Assembly: GCA_001655205.1 (NCBI GenBank)
Contig: LPNZ01007402.1
Coordinates: 1,218-65,217, forward strand
DNA from: Lenisia limosa
Taxonomy: Eukaryota; Protista; Breviatea
DNA length: 64,000 nt
Reading direction: 5' to 3'
In this document: positions 35,169-48,458 of the stretch, piece by piece
Numbering within the stretch: position 1 is the stretch's first letter
Layout: every line of letters begins with the position of its first letter
Program-made: the position numbers and the translations under genes
Notes under the pieces: generated by a model
Told to the model about the DNA's origin: nothing
What the model saw: the letters and a program-made list of their open reading frames with translations, nothing else
The model's database searches: none

Positions 35169-37277
35169 TCAGCGACGAATGATCTTGTTTCCTTCACGAA
35201 TGAACGCCTTGCCCTTCTTGCTCTGACCCTCACGATCATGCCGACGCTTCACCTTCTTCTTCTTCGACAAGCCAACGTGGCGCAACTGTTTTTATGAGCA
35301 AAAAAATAATAAATAAAAGCAATCAGGAATTTGCATCTCACCGCATTCTCATATTTGTCAAATCGTCGCTTGTCCTTCTTCTTCTCATTTAGATACATAT
35401 TTAGAGGAATGGCAGCACGCTTTCGGGGCTAGAAAGTTAGGATAATACGGACACATTGCAATAAAAAGACCCCACAAACAAGGAATCCCATTTCAATTTC
35501 TTTCTTCTCCATGAAGCGATGATACGCCTGATTTCTCTTCCTGTTCAACATTCCAGCTTCCTCCACGTCCTTTGCCAACTGTGTCATTTTGGCCTCTTCC
35601 TCTGAAGGCTTCTCTCGTCGGAACATGTTAACTGGTTCTACACAATCAATCATAGAATAGACTCAACTTAGCCTAAGAAAATAAAGATATCTAATAACTA
35701 TGCACAAATCTGAAAGCGCACGAGGGTTTAAAAACAGCGACAAACAAAGCCCAGAACAGTTGATATCAGACTTAATAAATTCGGAGTTTTCAGCACCACA
35801 TCCATCATTTTCAAATTACAGGTTAATAGTATGGAAGATGAAGAGGAATACTTTCAATTTGTTGAGACAAACCTTTCTTTCCTTCTTGCTGCTTTGAAAC
35901 GTCATCAGACTGCCAAGAGTTATGTCATCTCTTGCGAAAAACTCAAGCTGCATTTTATCATATGTACTATATAAGGTCTTCACTTCATACTCTATCAAGA
36001 GCTTCACTTCATATGTACTATATTGCATCAAGGGCTTCACTTCATATGTACTATATTGCATCAAGGGCATGTGATCTTCGGTTCAAAAAAAGACTGAATT
36101 TCTCGATAAATTCTCAAAAACTATCGATATTTAACCAGACTTTTTCGAACCGAAGTGAAGCCCTAATTGCATCATCATATTTGTATGCATGTTCATAATA
36201 TGAATGTTATAACGCTTGATCACTATTTCCCCATATCCCTTACAAAGTACATAGAAAACGGGAAATGATATCATACCAAAAACGATTTGAGATCCTTGAA
36301 AGATGGTTTGTTTTCAACTTCTTCCTCGTTGGAGTCCCCAGTTTTCACTGTTGGGTCTGTATCCTTCACACGCTCAACCTGAGAGATTGAGAGTTGGAAA
36401 CTGAGTATATTGGTACCCTTGAAACAAGCCATTAATAAACGCAAAAGATACCTGAATTGGTGCGGATAACTGCTTTGACGGTTTTGACTCTATCTCTAAT
36501 TTGGCATCACCAGAGAAGACTGCATCAAGATCAATAGATCCAACCTGCCCTTTCTTTCTCACCCGGGTATTTTCTTCTACTGCATCTAAAATGGTGTGAA
36601 ATTTTTTAAAAGAGAATGTGCATTTGATAAACAACTGTTGGTAATCCGACTGCTCTACTTAGTACATCTGTTAGATATATATATATATGTACATATAGTA
36701 TATCATCATATAATGTAATATTTGATTATTTTTCTTTTGGTACACTCTGACTATCATTACCAGACAAACCAACTCACCAGTCGCAGTAGTTTGCTCAAGC
36801 TTCTTCCTCTCCTTCCTTCTCTCCTTCTTGGCTTTCTTACGTTTCTGTAACAGTTCCTTCTGTTCCTTCTTAGTATGTACTTTGAGTTCTCCTTCATTAG
36901 AAAATTGGAGCTCCACCTCTTCCTTTTGTGTGAGTTTTATCCCATCACTTGTCATATTATACATTAATATGAAAAGCAAAAGCAAGATGTCAAACAGAAC
37001 TTCCCTCCAACTCGTTTCTCTTCCTCTAAGGAATCTTCAAATTGTTGTCCTGGGTAGTGAAAAATGACTACAGAGGTTTTGAAGTCTTTTTCCAAACAAA
37101 CCAAGAAGGTTGAGTTGATCAAGGGCAGAGAGTGACTCCTTCTGAACTGGCTGTTTCGGCGCAACAATCTAAGTTATTGTCAAAATTGAACTCTAAGAAC
37201 GCTAGACAAACCTTAGAAGTGCCTTCTTTAGACTTCTTCCTTACCTTCAAGACCTTTTTTACAACCTTTTTAACCAT
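35169..37277 (-). CDS. Lys/Glu-rich probable nucleolar protein (weak resemblance to C1orf131/Faf1-type ribosome biogenesis proteins)
   Basis: Spliced exons: MVKKVVKK, QKRKKAKKERRKERKK, KDVEEAGMLNRKRNQAYHRFMEKKEIEMG, and SKKKKVKRR...KIIRR stop. Family assignment is by composition and loose motif only. Confidence 0.5.
35958..36068. repeat. Tandem 33-nt units made of TSD + MITE TIR start + AT filler
   Basis: CTTCACTTCATATGTACTATATTGCATCAAGGG x2, plus degenerate copies upstream. Confidence 0.9.
36063..36165. mobile_element. Family 1 MITE with a perfect 8-bp TSD
   Basis: ATTGCATC at 36055-36062 and 36166-36173; right TIR TTCGAACCGAAGTGAAGCCCTA. Confidence 0.85.
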
Positions 37278-37669
37278 TATTCAATAGAGTGCAAATAAAA
37301 AAGTATTTACTGAGTATTTATACACTTGCAAAGAGGCTCAAAAAAACCAAAACCACGCAATCAAGATTTATGGCCGCGTAGCATTCACCAAAAACTAACA
37401 AGCGTACAAGCCTCGACTTTTAACTCACACACAACTTAATTCGAACTTAATAACAAATGGTAAAGAGAGTCGAGTAACTCTGCTTCTCTTTGGCTTCCCT
37501 TCTGAAACATGGGGTTGAATTGTTCCCCTCCAACGACTAAAAGCGACAATGACAGAAATGAAGAGTCTTTTGTTGATTGGTGGGTTGGTGGGTGGTACAA
37601 GCTGGTGGGGAATATACATACTCTTTTGTTATATGTTTTTGTTTTTGCCAATTGTTATTGCCACCCAGC

Positions 37670-40600
37670 ATGTCAGAAGAAGATTTCTTCCGTGACATGT
37701 TTGCCAAACCAGCATCGTCAACTCCTCTTGGCAAAATGATGCTTAGTATTTCCAAGGTTGGCTTTTCATAGGGGTTGGTTTAATTTGAAAGAAAAAAATT
37801 GATAATGAGTCATTTTTGGGATTATTCTTCTAGGAGGGATGGGACCAAAGTCCCCAATTCAAAAGGACAAAGGCCGCAATTCTTGACCTGGTTGGCAGTG
37901 CTAATTTGTTATATATTTATAATCTTACACAATAGGCATACTCTGATGGAAAGTCAGGTCTTGCTCAGTTTCTGCAATTTTGCAGTAAAGTTACAAAGAC
38001 AACGTATGTTCACTGTCATTGTCATCAAATCTAGCCCCGAAGCAAGATATTTTAGCGTTCTTCATGACGAGTTAGCACAACTTGTGGTTTGAACTGTGAA
38101 ATTGACTTTTATTTGTACATTGGGAATCAAATTGTCACTTTGCAGCTCATGGCTCTTATGCAACGCCACAACCCCAAATGGAAGGCTGTGGACCTGAACA
38201 AAAGAGCTCCTTTGATTGCCTTGCAGATTCTGAGTTCGGTAACAGGCGCTCCAGGTTGGTGCTTATTTTGTCATATTGAAGGGAGTTTAACCATTTAGAG
38301 TTTTTTCAGTCAATTCAAAGACGAGGAGGAGTTGAAATACTCACCGAGGTTTGATTCTTGTGTAACTTCTCACAATTCTTGGCAGGTATGTCTCTGTGAA
38401 AACCAGGTGGAAAGCCTCTACGCCTTCCCAGTGCTTGATCATCTAGTGGCTGAATTCTCAGTAATGTATGATTCCTGTTTGGTTGAAAAGAGCCTACTTC
38501 CTTTTTTATCTAGTTAGGACGTTAGCGTTTGGAGAAGATCTCATTGATCAGGCAGTTCAGGTGGCTTTTTCTCCTGAGGAGTTCTTGTACCCTTTTACTC
38601 AAGATCATGTAGGATTTGTTTTGCCACTTATTCTGCTTTTTGAATTTTATTATGTCGTCACCTTCTTTAGGATAATGTTCCTGATGAGGTGACAAGTTTC
38701 ATTGATTACCAATCTTATGGCGCGTTTGTGGGGAACTGTAAACTAATTAAAGGTGGTCGGTCATCTAATGAACACCTCCCAAATATTGTTTGGCTCTCAG
38801 GATTATTTGTAATTCTTTGGCTGATACCCTCTAACCAAAGACAAAAAAAAATGATATTTTGAAATTCGTGTCTTCTTCAAAAAATGGGAGAAAAACAGAG
38901 TAAAATAGTTTTTCTTTTGTTGGATTTATTGGACTTGTAATATAAACATTTCAAGTTTTATAATCATGTCATGCTGGGAAGGCACGCAAGAAAGCTGTGT
39001 GCGCAGAGTTCTAGGGCACATAATTGGGTGAATTAATATTATATACGATAATCCAATATCTCTTATCAGCGTGATGGTGTGGACGGCTCCGGCCAGATAT
39101 CACCTTGTTTTTCTTCTCTATGATATTATATTGTATATGATATTGTATCAGAAAGTGTGACTCAAATATCATATCATACAAGTAATATTACGTCTATTCT
39201 TTACTGTTTAAATTTTTCAATGAACTTTTGTTAAAATGAGATACAAATTTAAGTTCCACTTGGAAAAGGCACTCATTATTATCCAGGGCAGCTGGAGTAG
39301 TTTACACTTGGAAAGAAATCACAGCTAAAGCTGGAAAATCAGCACAGAGTGTTCTTGTGAGATTGCTTTGTTCGGTGGGTATCTCTGATTATTTTTTAAA
39401 AATTTATTGTTGCTAGAAAACATTTTCTTCAAAAGCTTGCTTGACAATATTGGAATTTTTGTCTACCCATATGGAGGCTCTTCACTTGGAGGTGAGCACC
39501 TATTTCATAAAAACGATCACATATGAGTAGTTTCTAATACATTTAGTTCCCTTGTACACCAGAGATCGTACCAGCATTATTGGCAGCTTTCTCCCATCTT
39601 GAAGACGGTATCTCTGACAGATTAGAGCGGCACTGTGTGCTACCAATGCTTGTGGAAGCTGCGGTTTTCGGTCGACTTGAGGAGCTATCAAGTCATTTAC
39701 CAGTATGTTCATCTACACTCATTATTTTCGACTATTGTTGAGTGGGCTTACGTTTAGAGTAAGTACATTGCAATTAGTAGTATTGAAGCGTCTTTGTGTC
39801 GCCTTGCTTACTCATGTGGGTAGTGTATGCTTATTACCAAGTCACATTCAGTATATTAACAATTCTAGCTCTCTACCCTGAAGTGTATCTTCGAGCGTTA
39901 TTACCGTTTTGTCCCCATTCAGCTGCAGCCTCATTGGTAGTCACTAATGCACTTGAGAATAACGAAAAAGGTTGGAAAATGTTGGGTTTCATAATAATAT
40001 TATTGTATGCAAAGAGATTGTGGTTGGTTTGCTTTTATAAGATATTTTTTAATAGTTTCAGTTGGTTCAATAAAGGAAATCATGCGATACTTGCTTCATA
40101 CAGAAGAAAACACAGACAATTTGAAAGCAGCAGAATTACGAACTTGTGCAAACGTAGGATTTCATACAGATGCTTTTCTTTTTTCTTAACAATCCGTATT
40201 TATAATGTGAATTCACTCAAAAGAAAAGCTTCACAGCAAAAGACCTCGAAAAGGCCATTTCCCTTTATCACGAAGCAATTCTCTTTGCTTCAAAAGACAA
40301 TCAGGGTGTCATTTGGGCTAACCTTTCTCAAGCATACTTGGACATGTCTAACTTTCCCAAAGTGAGGCAGTTGTCAAACTGATGGGTTTTTCAGCTAACT
40401 CAACATTAAATATGATCTGGTACCTCTTACAACACCAGGCTGCTGAATCTTCCATAGTTTCTTTGGGGTTCAATCTGAATGAAAAACTAAAGACAAAGGC
40501 CACCATAAGACTGAAAGTAGGTAATTATTAGAATATTCTCGCAGGAGGGATTTTTGGCCTTCCAAGACTATTATTTGACACTTTTTGAACTAAATTGTTT

Positions 40601-41566
40601 GTGTTTCATCTTTGTACATGTATTTTATATTTCTATTTTTTAGCACTGATCAATTTAATAGAAAGCGCTACTCTTTGGTAACCGACCATTGTTATTAAAA
40701 TTTGCTTGTAAGCGAGGTAATATAATATGGTGCATGATATCAAGTTGCTTTTCTTATTGAAGTTATATTATATGATTGATGAATTCTTCCTTTCATGCAA
40801 TTATGCTTCTTTAGTCCCCAAGGATGAATCATTTGATGAGTACTTCCACAATCTTCGCGATTCTCGCTGTCTCGCAACTTATCGAAAGTGAGATCATTGA
40901 TGTTTATCTACTTCCGTCATCTGTCTGCCATATACTCCCCCTGTCTTCTTTGGGTAAAATAGTGTACCGTTTTCTACCAACAAACTAAAACCTGGGTTAC
41001 CTTGTAACTTGAGGCACTTTGTAAGGTTGTTCGTTATTCAGTTTTCCACAGTAAAGTAGTTATCTCTGCAGGTTTGGAGCTCCCATCATATCTCAGGACA
41101 AGTTGAAATCTTCAGTTGACCTCATGGATGAATCTGACATCTTCCCAGGAACAGTAATGTCAGCGGGTTTCACGAGTGGCTTAGTTCTTTTTTCCTTGAA
41201 CACCCTCTTTGTTTTACTCCTTAGAGATTCATTCAGCTCAACTGCATCAATGTTGAGTCTCTTGTATCAGGATGAATTTTTGGAAGATGGAGCTCATCAA
41301 AAGGATGCTCTTCAAAATGACATCTGCATGGCAGTGCCACTGTTTGGGGTGGCGGGGGTGGCGACTATCTTCTCCATACCTTTTCATTCTAAAGGGCTGT
41401 GCCCCAGATAATCAACCTTCTGGCATCCCTCAGAGCCCCATTACAGAGGACTCTGGAATTTGGCAGTAATTTTCTTCTGCTGAAATGCCCGCCGCCAGAA
41501 GATTACATGATGTCTTCATTATTGTTTCCAAAAACTGCCATTGATGATGAAGTGGCTGAGATGTGA
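37670..41566 (+). CDS. Multi-exon protein of unknown function, probably alpha-solenoid (HEAT/ARM-like with a TPR-like segment)
   Basis: About 20 exons with canonical sites, from MSEEDFFRDMF to ...AIDDEVAEM stop. Amphipathic helices such as EIVPALLAAFSHLED, plus DLEKAISLYHEAILFA...LFGNR. Confidence 0.55.
39012..39099. repeat. Family 3 dispersed intronic repeat, copy 2
   Basis: Same motif as 9892-9968 with an internal insertion; begins TAGGGC. Confidence 0.8.
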
Positions 41567-41817
41567 GGGATGAATTACCAAAGACAACTCTTGTACTCTA
41601 TTGGCTGAATATATGACATACGTTACATATTTATCAAATTGATATTAGTGCGATTAAATTATGTTTTTTTTTAGAAAAATGACTTTTTTTTTTTGTGTAA
41701 ATGTTCCAAAAACTAGTATTTTGGAAACTTTCAAATTTTTCTTGTCCCCAAATGGCTATGAGGTTCCCTCTTTGCCAAGCCCACTCGACGCACCGTCAAT
41801 GCGCAATACAAAGTCAT

Positions 41818-42590
41818 TTACGCACGCTTTTCTGCCGCTTTTTCGAGTTCATAGAGATGAGCAGCACTTAACGCAAAGATAACTGAAGCGACAAGAAGAA
41901 GCTCAGTGAATTCTAATTCCTCATCATCGTGGTTGCCAGCTTCTTCAAGAACAGTAGAAAACTTAAAGAGACAAAGCCTAATTATGAAATAATAAGATAA
42001 TTTGCACAGCAGTGACAGTGTCTCTCCACCATCGTCTCCATAATAGTTAAACAAATCGAATGCCATGTCTTCCATTGTGTTGGGGTAATTATCCTCTTTT
42101 TTTTGCAGAGAGGTCCGAAGGAAGGTACGGGACGAAAGTTTTGGTGTGCGCGAGNNNNNNNNNNNNNNNNNNNNNNNNNNNNNNNNNNNNNNNNNNNNNN
42201 NNNNNNNNNNNNNNNNNNNNNNNNNNNNNNNNNNNNNNNNNNNNNNNNNNNNNNNNNNNNNNNNNNNNNNNNNNNNNNNNNNNNNNNNNNNNNNNNNNNN
42301 NNNNNNNNNNNNNNNNNNNNNNNNNNNNNNNNNNNNNNNNNNNNNNNNNNNNNNNNACCGTACCTCCCTACCTAAGCCCTTGGGTATTACGCATTCGTGC
42401 TCCAGCAAGTGCGTATTGCAGTTCTCCAAGTGTCCCTACTTTGGTTCTGCGGATTAATACAGTCCTATATGAATCTATAGGTGTTCCAATCAAACCATAA
42501 GAACGGGTGTGTGGGGGAGTAAAAACGAAGGAAATTTCGATGAAATATTGGCGTGAAGGTAATAATCTCAAACAATCATGAGCAACCAAA
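41818..42590 (-). other. Possible small orphan gene or decayed coding fragment spanning a gap
   Basis: Coding-like open stretches (TMEDMAFDLFNYYGDDGG; EEAGNHDDEELEFTELL) and splice-like sites, but no consistent model. Confidence 0.25.
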
Positions 42591-42675
42591 AGCTAAAACT
42601 AAACAAAAACCAGATGACAAAAAGAAGTTAAGAAATACATTAAAATTAGAAAAAGAAGTTAATTTACAAAAAGAT

Positions 42676-44452
42676 CTATCTGCCATAAGGGTTGTACTGT
42701 CCCTGTCCACCACCACGGTAGCTGTCATATCCACCACTCATGGGGGGCTGCTGCTGTCCGTAGCTCTGGTATCCGCCTTGGGGAGCATAAGAGCCTGAAT
42801 GATCAAAGGGGCAGAGGCTGCTTATGTGGGAGGCCACTTTTCTTGAAAGGAGAGAAGCCTAAATTCGAGGCCTACCATAAGCCTGAGGCTGCTGATATCC
42901 ACCACCATAAGAGTCATAGGGCTGGGGAGCGTAGCTGTCATATCCACCACCCATGTTGTAGTCTCCTTCAAAGTCATAGTGCAGCCAAACACAAGAAATC
43001 ATAACAGTCTACAAGAGAGGCGCATGAAGAAATCTAGTGCGTACTTTCGCGTTGAGGGGGAGCACCATAGCCTCCACCGTAGCCTCTGTCTATTCCTCTG
43101 TCCATGCCGCCGTAGGCACCACGGGGAGGACCACCCATTCCGCGGTCCATTCCACGGAAGTCTCCGGGACGGGCTCGGGCTGCAGAGTTAGATGAGGTGA
43201 TACTATCACATATCGGAGACAATGGTTGGTTTCTGGTGCTTAAAACACACCCCTGCATTGAAGTTGAAGTTCAAAGTTCAATAATGGACAATCAAAGCAA
43301 TAGATGTTAATTCTGCCAAAAAAGCTTACGAGCCTGTTGTGAGCGAGGGATGGCAGCACGGATTTCAATTTCGCGATCCAAGCAGTTGAAGGGGCCCTTA
43401 GCCTGAATTGTAAGATGGAGAAAGGTAGAAGATCCTTCCCGCTTTAAACGATCAGCCGAATAAGACCCACAGAGCACTCATCAAAGGGGGTTTCATCGCG
43501 AAGAAGGCAGAAGCCAAATCCACGGCATTTCTCGGTGGCATGGTCCTTCATGGTGTAACAGCTTTCAGGGTCGAGAGCGGCCATAGCCTTGGTGAGATCC
43601 TCTGAAAATTATGAGAATTGACGAGAACAAGGTTACTCAACCCGCATGTTTGTAAAAACACGGTTAACCTGCTGCACTAATATTATATTAGATCAGAACA
43701 CGGAGAGGTGGGAGGAGGCTTGGGAAGTGGTTCCCGCATACCATCAGTGGTTTCAGGGGAAAGACCTCCAACGAAGAGCTTCTTGGTGACCTGGGGTCCT
43801 GACATAGAACTCTTGGGGACAATTCCTTGTTCTCTACGCTCGGTCTGGGTAACAGAAGCCTTGATTTCAAGCTAAAGCAGTCAGACAAAGTGTTTCCTGA
43901 AAAAACACAATGAAAGATTGCGCTTGTTGTTTAGTTAACTGCTCTAAGCTGTCTGAATTGCCTACAGTTCTACCATCAAGCTCGTGAGAAGCATTGCATG
44001 CTTTTTCAACCTCATCCATATTGCTAAGAATAACAAAAGCGAATCCACGAGAGCGACCTAATCCAATTAGCGTGGGAAACTACGTTTTCAATGTTCTGGC
44101 TTTCTCTTTCACTAATCTTACCAGTGAGTCTGTCTTTCATGATAATAAGATTCTCAACCTTTCCAAAGCTGGACATATATCCTCTCAAGGTATCTAAAAC
44201 TGTCAGACTTTCTTTGAGGAACTGTTTTCCCTAGTTAGTTCTAAAATCTTTTGAAATACCCTTATTAGTGAAGGATACTACTTCTTCCTCAATTTGCATA
44301 CCCTCAGTTGTATTCCAGCTGAGTCCACCAACAAACACCTTGTTAGGGTTACTAAATTATTAAATCTGCTCGCCTTCTACACATGCAGAAAAAAATTGTG
44401 GAAAAACTAACCTGACATTCTGGTCTGTAATTGAATCACCACGATCAGCCAT
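42676..44452 (-). CDS. Two-RRM RNA-binding protein with Gly/Tyr/RGG low-complexity tail (hnRNP A/B-D / Musashi-like)
   Basis: RNP2 KVFVGGL and KLFVGGL; RNP1 RSRGFAFV and CRGFGF; tail GMDRG repeats and YGGGY...NPYGR stop. Confidence 0.9.
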
Positions 44453-44600
44453 ACTTACAACAACGAAAAGGAATTTTTTAAATAAGCAAATTTGGTTAAA
44501 AGAAAGAAATATCGAATTTTCTCGACAAATTTATCGAGGGTTTTTAAGTGAAAATTTTCAATTTTTTTTTTTTTTTTTCACTTATCTTTAATTAGTAATA

Positions 44601-45033
44601 ATGGCTCCTGTGTTCGGTGGTGGGTTGAAGTGCCATATTTGCACCAAAACTGTGTACGACAACGAACTTGTCAAGTGTCTTGGAAACAACTGTTGGTGGT
44701 TATTTTTAACCTCAAATTATGTTTGTGATGAGCTCTAGTGAGAGAATAGGAGGAAATGCTACATGGTTGTTTTTTTTCTTGAGAGAGTTGACCAACTACA
44801 GACCACAAGACTTGCTTCAAGTGCCAAAGCTGCAAGAAGAGTCTCCAGCTTGGATCTGTAAGATTCTGTAGCTTCCCCCTTGATACCTGACATTCCTAGG
44901 AGACCGACCACAAGGGTGAACTCTTCTGCAAGGGTTGCTATGGCAAGCAGATTAGGTTTGCGATATATATTTTCCCAAATCCTTCTCACATTTTAGTGCT
45001 ACCAAGGGAACCTACGGCTTTGCCAGAGCTTAA
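44601..45033 (+). CDS. Small single-LIM-domain protein (CRIP/CRP-like), about 79 aa
   Basis: CHIC-x17-HKTCFKCQSC-x17-CKGC after splicing four exons. Confidence 0.9.
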
Positions 45034-45188
45034 CTTTGATTTTGGGTATTTATGGGGGGTTTGTTTGGAATGTTTTGATTGACATATGAAAAATGGAATC
45101 AGAGTGTATCAGTTCAGACATATTTAACTACAGTGGTTACTTTTACTGTCATCCGTCAGATTGCTTGGTCTTGATCAGGATGAGAGGG

Positions 45189-47966
45189 TTAAAGGCTAGC
45201 GAGAACCTTGGCAGCCCTGAACAGCGCCAAACCAGCCTCTGAAACCGACTTGATTGGCCAGGTTTCAAGACTGTTACTGTCCTCCGTGTTGGGTGTGGGC
45301 GATCCCAGGATCTCCAACATGGCTGTTGCAACAGGTCGTAATGAGGGCAGGTGGTCTGGCGGGGGGTAAGAAGAATAGAGTACACCGGAGAAGCCACACA
45401 TACTCCATTCATGAGGTAATGTGAGAACAGGGGCTTTATCAGGGTACGCAGTAGGGATATAGATCACTGGAGGAGGCAGCCCAGGGCAGTCTTCAAGAAC
45501 TATTTGTGGTTAGTATGAGATAATGCCAAAGTAATACGCAGCCAAACTAACTGAGTTGGTAATTTCCCGAAAATCCTCGAGCAGGATTGTCAAGAGAGTC
45601 ATGGCTTTCTCCCGAAAATGGTTTGGCAGGGTTAATCTTGGAATATAAGAAACTACAACCACCAATACCTTACCGAAAGAGGGTGGTTTTCATGCTGTAA
45701 CCTGACAGATATTGAATCGAGACAGAAAGCTTCATATGTAACTGCTTGTATCCGGTCAAGGTGATACTGTGCGTTAGTGAAAGCAGAAACGGCAGCGCTG
45801 AAAAAGTGTATGAGTTTTATTGTATCTAACATCAGTACTTTTTTTTTGGTATTAAGCCAAATCCTGCTCGTGAGGTGGATTTAGACATATTTTTTCTCTT
45901 CATCTAAGAGATTTTTACCCCTCTTTATCTCAAACTGTGCGAATTGTTTTAAAACAGCCTCAAGCTTGTATTTAGCTCCAAAACATCCAAAAATAGCCAA
46001 GTACAAATGAGCTAAACAATACAGCTAAGTATTAAAATGTTACAGGCTCCTGCAAAATAATCCAAGGTTGCTTTCACATGTCAATGTAACCGCTCACTTT
46101 AACGGTACTGAGAATAGCTGAAGCTAGTTCTTTGGGTCGCGTGGGGCTGTCTTTGCGTATATCCCTCACCAAAAAGCTAAACTGATTGCTCTGGGGGAGG
46201 GGGTTGGGTTGGAGGATTTGAAGATTGGAAGATACAACATAAACTGATATATTGTTCCAGCATGGAAGATGGTTTGAGAGTTATCCTGAAAAAGAAGCCC
46301 TCCCGCTCTCTCTTACCAGGAAAGTGACATAAGCAGATTCATCGCTGTAGTATTGAATTAAAATTTTTTGGGCTGGGGCTGGTTCAAATGGTTCTTTTCT
46401 AAAAAGTCATTTTGCTAAAAAAAAAATTGCATGTAGTGATATAATATGTGAGCCACCCAAACCCAGATTTCTCCATTTGGATTTGCAGCTCTTCCGGAAT
46501 ACAAGGGTTAGAGCCTCTTGCGTTGACATTTTCATAGAGGTTGTTCATTTTTCCGTCAGTTGACACACGTGAAGGGTTAGGATTGTTTGGATCTTTGCTA
46601 TGCACAAAGTCGGAAATGAAACGTTGGTCTTCGGCGATCTGAGAGATAAAAAAAAAGTAGATACAACTTAATTAAACTGCTAAACCTCAGTTATTCAAGG
46701 TTACATTTCAACAAAAATTGACCATTACTTACCTGCATAATTTTTACAATTTCGGCAGTGAACCTGAAAGTGTCAAAAACTGTTCAATAAGGCTAATATT
46801 ATTGAAACTGATCTCATTTTCCATACTCTTGCTGAGTTAGTCCCGCAATGCCAAGACGGACATTGTTGAGAGTTGGTGTATTGGTAATTGGGGGGTAAAT
46901 CTCACTTGTGTTGGGAAGCTGAGGATTTGCACCTAGAGAATAAACCAAGAAGTACAAAAACTCAAAGATAGATCTACAAACCTCCAAGTCGAAAGGTAAG
47001 CGCCTGGTTGAGGTTCTTCAAAAGATAGTGATGAAGTCCTTTCGGGGACTCATTTCTCAATTTACGCTATATCATTATTAGCCCAATACTAAAGCGTTGT
47101 TATATATAGAAGCGACATCAAATTGTCATTTTCGCTTACCCTAGACCGTAACGCTTGCTCATAATGGCTCAATTTCAGGTCAGTCTAGACAAATTAGAGA
47201 AACAGAAGAATATTCAAAGGATTTCCAAAATAAATGGGAGCAGACCTCAGGCTTGGACTTTTTTGCCGCTAGAAACTGTTTAAACTGTTGATGGGGTCCA
47301 TCATTCAAATTTTGTACTCTAAAAATATCAACTCCGCGTATTTAAAACACGGGTGAATTTCTACCCTTCTCACAGTTTCTCGATTTGATCGATTTCTTGC
47401 ATTACGTCACTTGATTCCTTCATTGTGAGAGAATGTGAATTTGATAAAAGTGCCTCTACTATTAAAACACACACATAATTCACCCAAGATCACTGCATCT
47501 TTGTCAAGCATCAATGAAACTCATTTCGTGTCGCACCTTGTGGCTTTGTGTCAGCTGGTGTCTTGACACCCCCGTCAGGTCAGGTATTGCGCTACCGGGT
47601 TGGCGGAATTGTTGCGCTCGAAGTTGCTGCTGGCGTTCATATTCAATGTTTCTCGGCCTTTGCTGGGGTTGCCTGAAAATAATGAATGTCAGCATTCAAT
47701 GAGCTCACACATATTCAAGTTAAACCTGACATTGATATACCAAATTGATGAAAGCAAGCTCCTTATAATGGCATAGATGTTTTAAATTATCCAAACGTCC
47801 ATGTGTCTACCTCTGGATACTAGCAGCAGTCCCATAGCCCTGGATTGAGCCCTGTTGTCCCCCAAACTGGGGCTGCTTTACCTTAAAAATTAAAAACGGT
47901 GTGCGGAGCTTCAAAAGTGTATATAGAGTTCCTCCAACCCACCAGTGATCCATATGGTGCTGCCAT
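45189..47966 (-). CDS. Gln-rich protein with Mediator Med15-like C-terminus
   Basis: N-terminal Q-rich exons (QPQQRPRNIEYERQQQ). C-terminal PGLPPPVIYIPTAYPDKAP...SLETW recalls Med15 PPL.L.VPADYP...LL.TW. Middle exons are partly unresolved. Confidence 0.45.
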
Positions 47967-48458
47967 TTCAAAGTCGATTCGATTAACACGAACAACACGA
48001 GGACATACTCTGGAAGGGTCAGACACAACTCAAAATTATATTATAGTTTTACTCATGGTGATAGGGTTCCAAAACGCTTACAATAATATTGGGATGTCTA
48101 AGTGTGAATGAATGAGTGTCTTGGAGGGGAAACTTGACTATAATTGGCCAAGACTGGTATGTCACCAAGTAATTATACCACAATAATATAGCTATCTCCT
48201 GGAGGGGTTTTATGCAGTGTATGGGTTGGTTGGGCTTGTTGCAAGGGGCGTTGTGTGGTTGAGTTGTTTGAGAGTTGTGTGGGTAACAAATTATGGCGTT
48301 TCTAGGCGGCCGCGGCCATGATCGTGATTTTTCAATTCTCGATTTTTCCTTTTTCCAACAAAAAAAAGAGCAAAAGAGCTGCAAAAAGATAACATAAAGC
48401 GAAAGAGATTAAGCTCTTCTAGTTACTTGTTTGTGTCCGAGACAATTGTGATCTTCAA

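Noticed and set aside
44509-44540. ATATCGA...TTTATCGAG resembling the family 1 MITE core in the RRM/LIM spacer
   Set aside because: Too short and degenerate, with no TIRs.
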